NCBI GenBank assembly: GCA_051362555.1
Contig: CM120647.1
Location: 7,874,001-7,938,000, forward strand
Source: Lingula anatina
Lineage: Eukaryota > Animalia > Brachiopoda
Length of the DNA stretch: 64,000 bases
Reading direction: 5' to 3'
The notes below the pieces were generated by a model. It had not been told where the DNA came from. It worked only from the letters and a program-made list of their open reading frames with translations, and searched no databases. Of the stretch, positions 16,201-28,600 are shown piece after piece. Made by a program: the position numbers and the translations under genes. Within the stretch, counting starts at the first letter, position 1; every line of letters starts with the position of its first letter.

Positions 16201-19151
16201 ATTTTTCTTAATCATGCATGCATGCATTGAGTGGACTGATGTTTCCTATTGGTTCTCTGCTTTCATCAGCCAGGTCCCCCGTGTATCTGGTATTGTGGCA
16301 CCCCAAGCGGACACGTCTCACCTCCGTTGATTATTCCTCTCTCATCATAGTGTGGCGCAAGCACCAAGGTTGCTCTTCTTCTCACACAGGAAATCTTCCT
16401 TTTTGTCACTAAAAGACTAAATCCTCAGTTTTAATTTTTTATAAGCTTAGAACCTGTTCCTTTTTGTTACGTGTTTTTTTTTTCTTTTCTGTTGATTTTA
16501 TTTTTCGGTAATATTTGTTTTCATTCACTTTCAGCAGATACATTCTAAGGAGGCCTTGCTAAAAAAAACTTTCATTTTTTTTTAAATTATACTAGGACAC
16601 ATATGCCTTTAGACTTATTTTTTGACCTACTTTCCTTGACCTAATTTTTTTAACCTACTTTTTTCCAACTAAATTGCCCAGCACCCTGTGATATTCACAG
16701 CAATAATTTTATTTTCATTTCCTATTTGTTGAGTTGAATGCCATTCAGACTGGTTGTTTTATGAGACTGACCAGTCAAAATGACTACGTAGTAGACGAAA
16801 AGATTTACAGCACAGATCCTTGTGTTGCTTCACTTCTGCTATCATCTCTTTCACCTCAGCACAGTACCCTGTGATCTGCTTATGCTGGCACCCTGTCCCA
16901 CAGAGGGCGCCACAAGCCATTCTCGTGTCCGCTGGCGCCAACAACGCCATCCAGGCATGGGCGAGGTTGGATCGCAAGGTGGCGAACCGGCGCCTGATGG
17001 CAGAACAGGAGAGATTGATTCTTGAACAACCAAATTGTGCAGATGTTTATAAAGTTTTGACGAGTAAACTACATACTTCTGATTGGGTTTCTGAAAGTGA
17101 GCAGCCTCAGTTTTTAAAAAAAGTTCTCTTTTGTATTAATTTTGAAGAACTGTATAGCCTCTGGGTAGAACTAAAACTAGAAAAAAGATATTTAAATCCA
17201 GAAAATATTCAGAAGAAAAATATTCAGCTGCTATTGCTTGTTTGTTTCAAAAATTTGTACAGCCTAAATTATAGATAACAAAAATATACTTTAAGATGCT
17301 GTCACATGATGGTCATGTGATAGTCATGTGACTGTGCCATCATCACAGGGTGCTATGCAGTTTTTCCCACTAACTCTAATTTTCAGTCTCTGTATTTTAA
17401 ACTCTTTCCTAACTTTTCTTATTTGTTACTTCTTTTTATGCCTTTTAAACACAGGCTGATAAATTCCTTTTAATGTTCATGGCCACCGCATGTCTATTTT
17501 CTTACTTTCTGAGCCTTTGCTAGCCATTTTGCATTGTACACACAACCAATTCAAAGATGAAACATTCTGAACATTTAATGTCAGTTACCTTAAAGAGTAA
17601 CAGGTTTCTTTTTTCTGTTATTTAATTGAACAAGTGTTTCATGAAATCAAATAATCTTTACTGTTTCATTGTAAACCTATTGTAATTTAAGGGTCAATCA
17701 ATAATATTTCCTTCTCCCCTTTTTCATCTGTTTTTATCCTTCTCGTAATGAGAAAAAAGTATAATCATTTGGATCCTGCCTCCACTCTCTCAAAATGTAT
17801 TTTAGGAATAAATATAGTAAGGCGTTTTATTGAAGGAAATGATGCAGAGGGGAAAATACTGTTGATTGGTCCATTATTTAATATTAAATAATTTTTAAGC
17901 CCATACTGTAAAATCTACTTTAGTCATCAGAAATGTTTGTCTTGATACATATTTCAAAATGTGTACAATTGAAAAGTGCAGTTCTTCACTGAACTATTCA
18001 AAGTAATAAAAAAATGTTTACAATTTATTTTTTGAGTAAATAATGTGGTAATAGTTCCCTTTAATAACAGTTTGCTATAAAATAATAAAAATAACTTGTT
18101 GATAGAATATTGTCCTGTAAATGGCAGTTTTAACCAAGACAGGGTGGTATTTCAGGTTTGTGGTATGAGGAGATGATCAACAACAGAAACAAGTCTGTGG
18201 TGAGGTGTATGAAGTGGAATGCTGATGGACAGAAGATTTGTATTGTGTATGAAGATGGTAAGTCTGCCACACCTAACACAATATCTGCCACACCTTAAAA
18301 ATATCTGTCACATCTAACACAATGTTTGTCACATCTGACACAATGTTTGGCACACCCAACACAATGTCTGTTACACCTAATTAAATGTCTGCTGCACCTA
18401 ACGCAATGTTTGTTGCACCCATCACAATATTTGGAACACCCAATGCAATGTCAGTCAAACCTAACACACTATCTGGCACACCAAACACAATGTATATCAC
18501 AAACAGCAAAATCTTCACCACGCCTGACATTTTGCCATATTGTCATATTTGATTGTATGTTTTTTCTTGTGTAAAGTATGTTTGAATCACACCTCTTTGT
18601 TTTCATTTTAATCAGAACTGTGTACTTTTTTACTATTTATAATCGAATAGTTCTTAATAGCTGGTGCTACACAAACTCTTAATTATTTTGAAAATGTTTT
18701 ACTTATTTATGTATATTCCTGAAAATTTAACATACTTTGTTTGCAATAGATGTATTTAACAATTTATAAATTCTTATTCCCCCAGGAGCTGTTATAGTGG
18801 GCTCTGTTGATGGTAACAGAATTTGGGGCAAGGAGCTGAAATTACAGCTGGCTTATGTTGAGGTAAGAGATGTTCTTTACTATTCTTCTTCTTATTATTA
18901 TTTTTATTTATAATTGATTTATTTATATTTTTTGACACAGGCTACTGCAGATGTGGTTGCTAAACAAGGGGTTATCATTGTTAAAGTGCTAGGGTTTTAT
19001 TATTTTGCTTTTGTTTTTGAAAACAATGCACATGCCATTTTACTTTTCATTGAGTTTTGCTCAAGTTATATGAGTCACATTACAGTTAGTAGTCTCAAAA
19101 TGTAGAGATAAATGCTCTGTTTGTAGTGGTCATTTTGCAGCTTGAATGAGA

Positions 19152-19200
<49 letters not shown>

Positions 19201-19481
19201 CAGTGGTCTCCAGATGGCAAGATCCTGTTGTTTGGGATGACAAATGGAGAAATACAAGTGTTTGACAACACAGGAAACTTCATTGTAAGTGGCATATATT
19301 AAATTTCCACATAGAAAATATATGTAGAGTTTAAGCCTCATACAGTTGATTGTTTACTTTGTAGCCTATTGTACAATTACACTGCTAGTGTTTTTATTTT
19401 CTTTATTGCTCTCTTAAGCACTTTAAACACTATCATGGTTGCTTTCTAAACATAATTATTACAGTTTATTAAATTGTTTTA

Positions 19482-19541
<60 letters not shown>

Positions 19542-19584
19542 CTTCCCACCAGTCCAAACCTAATTATTACAGTTTATTGAATTG

Positions 19585-19635
<51 letters not shown>

Positions 19636-22600
19636 CTTCCCACCAGTCCAAGCTGACCGTGTTCTGTCTATCCAACGTGACAGGCGCTGTCCACATAGCT
19701 GGTATAGAGTGGTATAATGGAGAGTATGGGTTTGTGGAGCCAAACTGTCCCTGCCTGGCCATTGTCTACGATAACGGACGGTGCCAGATTATGAGGAATG
19801 AGTCTGATGAAAGTAAGCAACTACTATGTATTTGCCATGTCAAATATAGAACATGCCAAATTAAATTAGGGAGAGGTATTGCAAGGTTTTTCCTTGTTTA
19901 TGTTGAGAAAGGTAATATTACAACTACACACCACTAAGTAATCAGAGTGAGTCTAAAAAAGTTGCAGCAGAAACCTTCTAGCATTTGATTAATTATAACC
20001 ACAGTGGGTTATCTATGGAATATATAAAATGTAACAAAATATGTTCCTTTATTTAAGCATCCTAAAAGCAACTTTGATTCACTCCAATGTGTCGATAGAA
20101 CCATGGCACTCCACGGTGCTAAAAGGTACATTTTTTTTCATTATTTTCAGACCCAATCCTTATAGATACAGGGATGCAGGTTGCTAAGTCACAGTGGAAC
20201 CACACTGGGTCTGTCCTGGCAGTGGCGGGGTCACAGAGAGCAGCTTCAGCAGACAAGGATGTCAATGTTGTGCAGTTTTATACTCCCTTTGGAGAGGTAC
20301 GTAGACCAGAATTTGCTGTTGATGTTGTTGTTATTATTGTATTATTTTAATAATTATTAATTCTCAAGTGAAGATATCTGGAGATTTGATGTAAATTCCA
20401 GTCATGAAAGTGAGAAGGTTGAAGGTATTACATCTATATTTTTTTAAGAAAAAAAAAGCAATTTATTCATGCAAAAAAATTATTGCCCGACCCATCCCTG
20501 CTCTTAGATGTGCCATTTTGATAGTTATTTTGTACCTTGGAAAAGTATGTCATAGTGTGCACTGTCTATATAAACTGATATTGTAAACACCCATAATTGT
20601 ACCACCAGCGTAAGCGCTGGCGGTACACATGGTTTTAGTCCCGTCCGGATCGTTCCGCCGGCTCCTGCGGCTCCGCCGGACGGCTACCGTTACCGCTTCT
20701 CCTCCTAGACGGTAAGGGCCCCCGTACCCATCTCTTGGATTTAGGTCACCTATAATCTCAACTCGTTCCACGTAAAATTTGGGCTTTGTCGGTATTGGGG
20801 TCTAGGTGTGGCACTCATTGCAATGCACCCTTGTCTAAAAATGGCAAAATTAAATGCTAATTATCTACCCTACGGAAGGAATTATGGGAAAAATTTATAC
20901 AGACGGCTTTCCAAAAGTCATATGTGTAGATTTCAAATATGCCATTGGATTTGACCTTTGACCTTTATTTCAAGGTCAAACGGGCCAAAATTTTCAAAAA
21001 AATGAATTTTTTTACGAAAAAAAAAATTATTTAACCTGTTATTCAGACACCACACAGATTTAACCAATAATATTATTGGAAAGTGTTACCCTTCAGGTCA
21101 TCTTTCATCTTCGTGAATTTGGGGTCAATCGGTGCATTTTCACGGGAGTAGCGGCCATAAGATACTGAAACTGAAAACTGTCTCTAATTCGGGAACCGTT
21201 AATGCTAGAGACCCATTCTTTTTTTGCATTTTGTAGAGCATGTAAAGCCCAACACTGAAAGTGGTCTCCGTTTTTTTTGTATTCCATACGGTTTTCGAGT
21301 TACGCTGTATCAAAAAGTACATATTGGTGGTGAAAGCAAAATGTGCAGTACAGTAATGGATAATAAATTTTGAACTCTGGAAAAATAAAACATAAGGCTT
21401 GGCAAAGCAGACAACTTGTGGTCAAAAATGACATTATCTCATCAAATTTGAACTTCTGGAACTACAGAGCACCTCCCATTTCAAGAATTTTGACCAAAAT
21501 GACCTTTTCTTTATTTTAATTAATTTTTTTCTGTAGGCAATTTATGGCACATTATGGTAACACCTAAATTATAACATTTAGTCCCTTATATCTCCAAAAC
21601 TGGCAGAGATAGGTCCATAGTTACTATTGAACTTGAATAGGAAGTCATATACTGGCAATCTAAATGTGACCTTAAAATTGACCTTTGACCTACTTTTCAC
21701 CATGAACTGAACTTTGCAAATTTTGGTTCCCTTTTTTCTCCAAAACTGGCAGAGATAGGTCCATAGTTTCTATTGAACTTGAATAGGAAGTCATATACTG
21801 GCAAGCTAAATGTGACCTTGAAATTGACCTTTGACCTACTTTTTATCATGAATTGAACTTTGCAAATTTTGCTTCTCTTTTATCTCCAAAACTGGCAGAG
21901 ATAGGTCCATAGTTACTATTGAAGTTGAATAGGAAGTCATATATTGGCAAGCTAAATGTGACCTTGAAATTGACCTTTGACCTACTTTTCACCATGAGTT
22001 GAACTTTGCAAATTTTGGTTCCCTTTTTTCTCCAAAACTGGCAGAGATAGGTCCATAGTTTCTATTGAACTTGAATAGGAATGCATATACTGGCAAGCTA
22101 AATGTGACCTTGAAATTGACTTTTGACCTACTTTTTATCATGAATTGAACTTTGCAAATTTTGCTTCTCTTTTATCTCCAAAACTGGCAGAGATAGGTCC
22201 ATAGTTACTATTGAAGTTGAATAGGAAGTCATATATTGGCAAGCTAAATGTGACCTTGAAATTGACCTTTGACCTACTTTTTATCATGAATTGAACTTTG
22301 AAAATTTTGGTTCCCTTTTATCTCCAAAACTAGCGAGATAGGTCCATAGTTACTATTGAAGTTGAATAGGAAGTCATATATTGGCAAGCTAAATGTGACC
22401 TTGAAATTGACCTTTGACCTACTTTTTATCATGAATTGAACTTTGAAAATTTTGGTTCCCTTTTATCTCCAAAACTAGCGAGATAGGTCCATAGTTACTA
22501 TTGAACTTAAATAGGGAGTCATATACTGGCAATCTAAGTGTGACCTTGAAATTGACCTTTGACCTACCTTACGATGAACTTAAATTTGATTGTACCATTT

Positions 22601-25600
22601 TTAGTTATATATATTTTTTGCATATTTTTAAAATTCTTGTTGATTGCATTTTTACAGCTTGTCAAGCACAAGACTGGTTGCTGTGTCCCTTATTTTGTGT
22701 ATGTGGGGGTCTATACGAATGCGCTTGCTCCAGCTGGTGGTACAATATTTGGAGGCGGTATCGCCTCTCTGATCCTCTAGTTTTTCTTTGATCTCGTCTT
22801 TTTCTCTCTCCTAGCACCTGCGGACATTGAAGGTTCCAGGAAAACAGATGTTTTCGTGTTCGTGGGAGGGAGGAAGTCTGAGGATTGCCCTGGCCATTGA
22901 CTCTTTTATTTACTTCGCCAATATTAGACCGGATTACAAGGTAGGCATTGGTTTTAGAACAGTTGCATGTACACAGTCTCAGGATCCACTGCCTTAGGAG
23001 AGAAATGTTGCCCAGTAACTGAACAAATTTGCAAAATTTAACTGGACCAGTTTCAAATTTATCAATAATTGATGTAAGCTTATTATATTATAATCCATAT
23101 GTTATATATTCCAGTGGGGTTACTGCTCTAACACAGTAGTGTATACTTTCACTAAGCCAGAGAGGGCAGAGCACTGTGTTATCTTCTGGGACACAAAAAA
23201 TAATGAAGTAAGTCAGATTTTATAGTTTTCATTATTTTAAAAGATAATTGTTGTCAGTTGTCTGGCCATAATGTCTTTATCAAATACACTCTAAGATTTA
23301 AATGTGTAATTATTTGTGAATGGTTCACATTTTGCTCCACTTTCTGTTGCTGGGATGTGTGAAGTGAATGATTCACATTTTGTTCTACTTTTTGTTGACA
23401 GGGATATGTGAAGTGGATGCTTCACATTTTTCTCTACTTCTTGTCTTAGCCTAAGGATACGTAAAGTGAATGAACCACATTTTGCTCTACTTTCTCCTTC
23501 CAGAGATATGTGAAATATGTGAAGAATCTCTTGTCGATCTCTGCTTGTGGTGACTACTGTTGCCTGGCAACAAGGGCGGATGATGTCAGTGGTCAGGTTA
23601 GTGGAAAAATAATCACATACTCACATATATTTAGATAAATTATGCAACAGTTTTAAGAATGAGGAGCAATTTCTTTACCTTTTGGAACATTCAAGCTATA
23701 AATATGGGTTTTAACATTTCTGAGTTCGGAATTGTGAAAAGCAACATAATTTTGTCCCTGGCTATGCGTTATATAATGTGAAATTATCATAAGTTACGAT
23801 CTAAAAAAAATTAACGCCTGTTGAGGAATTCTAACCAAAGAAAAAACATCATTGTGGCTCAGTTCCAGAAATATGTATGAAAATCAAAATCCTTTCATAT
23901 TTTATTTCAGTATGTCCTCGTACTGTGCAACTCCATTGGCACGCCCCTGGACTCCAAGTACATAGAACTAGAGCCTGGCTACGTGACCATGACCAAGACC
24001 CACATCGTGGCGGCGTCCAAGGAGGCGTTTTACACCTGGCAGTACAAGACCACCCAGAAACTGACCACCATGGACCTGTCTGGGAAAAGACGGGGAGGAA
24101 CTGAGAAGTAAGGAAATTTTTGTTTTGTATCTAAGATGTAATCTGTGTCAAAAAATATAGTGAAAAACTGACCTGTCTGGGAAGAGACGGGGTGGCACTG
24201 AGAAGTGAGAAAATGTTTCATTTGTATCAGCTAATTAATTCACATTAGAAATTTGATGCAACATACTTCAGTCCTGTTTACTAAATGTTTTTTTTTTTTT
24301 TTTTAGCTTAAAAAAAAATACCAATAAATCCAGAAAAACCATGCCCATTAATATACCCAGCAATTTTGTCTGGCCTTATTGTATTTTTATTTCCAAGTTA
24401 TACCATTTGGATGACATAATTATACTATGATGTTCAGGTTATACCACATATTGTACCTATAATTGTTATATTATTCCAGGCTATATCATGTGGATGATGT
24501 ACCTTCAGGAGCAGGAGGTGATAACATTGACTTCAGCAAAGCTTTCCAGGTAAGCAAAAGCATCTAATGGCAGGATTTTATTATGTTATTTTATCTTAAA
24601 TTTAAGTCAGAGTTATGATATACTACCAAGGAAATTCCGCATGAGAAGAGCAAATAAAATAGTGAATAAATAGGGTACTAGATGAATAAAATAAATAAAT
24701 AAATAATAAATAAGATTATTAATTTTGATTGGAAGGGGAGTAATTAATATTTTATAATATCCCATTCCAGCCCACACAAGACCCCATCTGCTGCATCAGT
24801 GCCTCGGACAAAATGCTGGTCATTGTAAGTAGATATTGTCCTGTTGTTGTTATTACACTCAGTAGTGACAAGTAAATTGAGGAAGGTCAAATAACTTTAT
24901 TTTTTATGGTGCAGTCATTGTTAAAATATCTTTAGCTAAGAGACACATATTGCAAGTCACCTTTGTGTATTCAGCTATCTAATTTTTGACAGTCTTAGAT
25001 TAGCCCAGGAAATTGCCAATGGCAATTTTTGGGAAGTAGGACCCAGTGGTATGTAGTGTTTGGTATTTACAGATATTTATATCCTCTTCCTAGGGTCGCG
25101 AGTCTGGTACTTTGAACAGGTACACAATGCCACTGGTGGCGCTGTCAAACAAACATGTCCTAAACTGTCGTCCTCACCAGATGGCGCTGAACTGCAACTC
25201 TACGTAAGTAGACAATGGGACAAGGTGTCTCAGACTAAAAAGAAAAGAAAAAAAGCTTTGTTAAACATTGGTCTTAATTAGAGGGTTAAAAAGATGATTT
25301 ACTTTGGGATAGAAGAAGCGATCCATTTGAATTAATACTCTTCCCCCCTCCAGTTGCAGAAACATTTTTATACTTGTGTTATATTTTCTCTCAAAAATAC
25401 ATCTGTCAATTTGCTTACTGATTTTAAATGAAACTAAAGAAAGAATTACCATTTTTCAAGACAATTTTGATAATTTCAGTCTTCGTAACTTTGCTTGTCA
25501 GTATTTGCAACTGAGCACAGATACTATATTTGTGATGAAAATGTGTATTCAATAGTTTAAGTTGCTCACATAAGAATTTCTTGTTTTCCGTCCAGTCGCC

Positions 25601-28600
25601 TGGCCATCATTGATATTTCTGGTGTGATGACCTTTTTTGACCTTGATGCCAAGGTCACAGATGCCAACGGACAGGAAGTTGTGGGAGAGCACCTGAAGTT
25701 TGAGAGGAAAGACGTCTGGGATATGAAATGGGCAGAGGTATGGACTTTATATAGATCTTTTAGGAGACTTTCTTGTTTAAACACTTCTAAGAACATTAAC
25801 TTTAAAATTGATTCATTTATTCTGTTTTTTTTTTAATGTTTTTTAATGGAAAAGTTTTATCATTTTGAGAAGTTGCTAAACCGACTTCTCTTAGGTCATA
25901 TCTTATATATAAATGAAAGTAATTATTCAGCTGCACGTTTTTTCCTTTTTTTAAGACTTGGAAGATGAAATGGCAAAAAGGTTATTTACTTTTTTTCTTT
26001 ATTTATCAGGACAACAGTGAGCTGATAGCTATGATGGAGAAAACCAGGATGTACATCTTCAGAAATCTGGACCCAGAGGTGGGTAGATTGTTATTATCAT
26101 TTTATTTTTTAAAACTTTTTTTACACTTTATAATGCTTTCATGCTTCATTTAGAACTGTGTTATTTAATCAGAAAAGGTACAATTCATCATACCCAAGTG
26201 CAAAGACTAGTTGAGCAATAATTTATGAGTAGAAAAATATTATTTCTTTTTTGGCAGAAAATAGATTCTACAGGAAATTCCCATATTGTTTACCTGAAGA
26301 TATCTCTGACTTATTCATGCCCCTGTTTGTTTATTAAAGGAGCCTGTATTAAGCAGTGGCTACATCGCCAAGTTTAACGACCTTGAAATCACCTCTGTGT
26401 TGTTGGACGAGATTATGAAGGATCCAGAAAATCCGACTGCGGATAATATACTACACCTTGAAATCAAGGTAAGCAAGTCATGTAGTAGCAGCTGTAGAAA
26501 GTTTTGTATGTAAATGCATTTTCTATTCTTTTTGGGGGGTTATTTACTCATTATATTTTAAAATGCCCTGATGACCAATAGTTGTATCAATGATTCAAAA
26601 GATATTATTAAGCAGATGTAATTTATTTTTTTGTGTATTTTGAATAATCATCTCTACCTACTTTGGCTTTTAAATTTGTCGTTGAATAAATAAAGCTCAT
26701 GATGAATAGTGAATTGCAATTTATTTGCTGCTGATAGAACAATTTAAGTTTTATTGCTCAATCTCCCTTAAGGCTAGGAAGTAAATCATTATGTGAGGCT
26801 CTATTTTTTCCTGTTTTTCTCCCTTCAGTCATTAAGAGACAGCAGAGATCTGTTGGAGAAAGTTGGTATTGAAGATGCCCAGCAGTTCATAGAGGACAAC
26901 CCACATCCCAGACTGTGGTGAGTAACTTATGTGATATGTCTGCACATACTTTCACACACGCATGCGTGCACACATGTTTAGACACTAACTCATATATTAC
27001 TTTCATGTTTCAGGGAAATTATTATATTGTTGTTCACATATGTAATCAAACACTCACACATACCTGGGCATGCACACGCACACAGAAGCACACAATCACA
27101 CACACACAGTTAATAAGTGTAAAGCTATTGTAAATGACATGATAACCAATCTGACTGTACAAGTAACATATAAGACTTTTTTTGTTTCATTAAATAATGG
27201 TACGTAAGCTAGTCTTAAAATTGATAAAAACAGTTGTCTTCCCCAAAACTCATCACTTTATAATACATTTTGATTTTTTTCCCCTTCTAGGCGACTTTTG
27301 GGAGAGACAGCCTTAGAGCAGCTGAACCTAAAAGTAGCAGACAGTGCATTTGTGAGGTGTAAAGATTTTCATGGGATAGAATTCATCAAGAGACTGGGGA
27401 ATTTACAGGTGGGGCTTTAAAAATGAGTTAATAAAATAATAAGTAAACAGGAAAATATTTTTTCCCTACATGTTAGGATATTTTAATGAACAATTTTAAA
27501 GATGTTTTAAGACAAAAAGCTGAACAAATTTACAAAATTATAATATACTCACTAATCTTGATTCAGAATAACTTGACAATGTCTTCATTTTACTTGTTAC
27601 TTGATTAATATTACATTATAATTTCTGTTTTTACCAATGAGTACCTAAAAAAAAATCATCAGCTAATTTCATTTTACATATTTTAATTTAAGCACAGTTT
27701 TTCAGCATGTCTATGAACACACTGTCATGACTTTTATATATCTTTTAGACCTTTTTTGTGTATAAGAGAAATTTTTAGTACTGTAAATCTCAACTTAAAG
27801 TTCCAAAATGATGATGATGATGATGATTGTTATTATTATTTCAATACACAGAATGAGACAATGAAGCAGGCAGAAGTAGCGGCATACTTCAGAAGGTTTG
27901 ACGAGGCAGAGAGGCTTTACATGGAGATGGACAGAAGGTACGGAATATCTGAGTTTCAGAACCAGCATTGGCTAGCAAGCTTCATTTTCAAGCCTTCATA
28001 TATCCAAAATCTGACATTAAAGCTTCATTTCTGACATTCCCAGATATAACAGCCTAGCTTGCGATTCAGGTTGATTCAAGCCAGTTTCTCAACTTTAAAA
28101 TTTTCCCTTCATGCCCATTTTCTGTCTCTGATCTTCAGCAACTTTTGATTTCAGTGTTCTGGGACAAATTTGCAAAAATATTTTCTAATTTCATTAAGAT
28201 CTTATCTGTTAATATAAATTTGCCTACAGGCATCACCAGGGAAAAAAATAAGCAGTTTATAAGATGTTTAATATCATTTTTCATTGGACAGGGACCTGGC
28301 CATAGCCCTGAGAAAGAAGCTTGGTGATTGGTTCAGGGTGGTCCAGTTACTGAAAACTGGGTCAGGGGGAGATGATGTGCAACTAGAGGAGGCATGGAAT
28401 GCTATAGGGGACTACTATGCTGACAGGCAAAAATGGTAGGCATTGAGATAGAAAGGGGGGGGAAGGAGAGGAAGAAAAAGAGACAAAGACAGGTTTTCCT
28501 AACACAAGGGAGAGAATCTGAAGCATCCAATGAATGAATGACTTTGTCATCAGGCAGTTTTGACACCTTTGATGTATAATGGCCATGTCATACACCTCAT

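Noticed and set aside
18326-18574. Repetitive ORF (HLTQCL)n
   Set aside because: Translation of the 21-bp intronic minisatellite; no splice support.
21585-22590. CRISPR-like periodic arrays (also 48830-50830)
   Set aside because: Whole monomers repeat with no unique spacers; eukaryotic satellite inside transposon-like ends; no cas genes.
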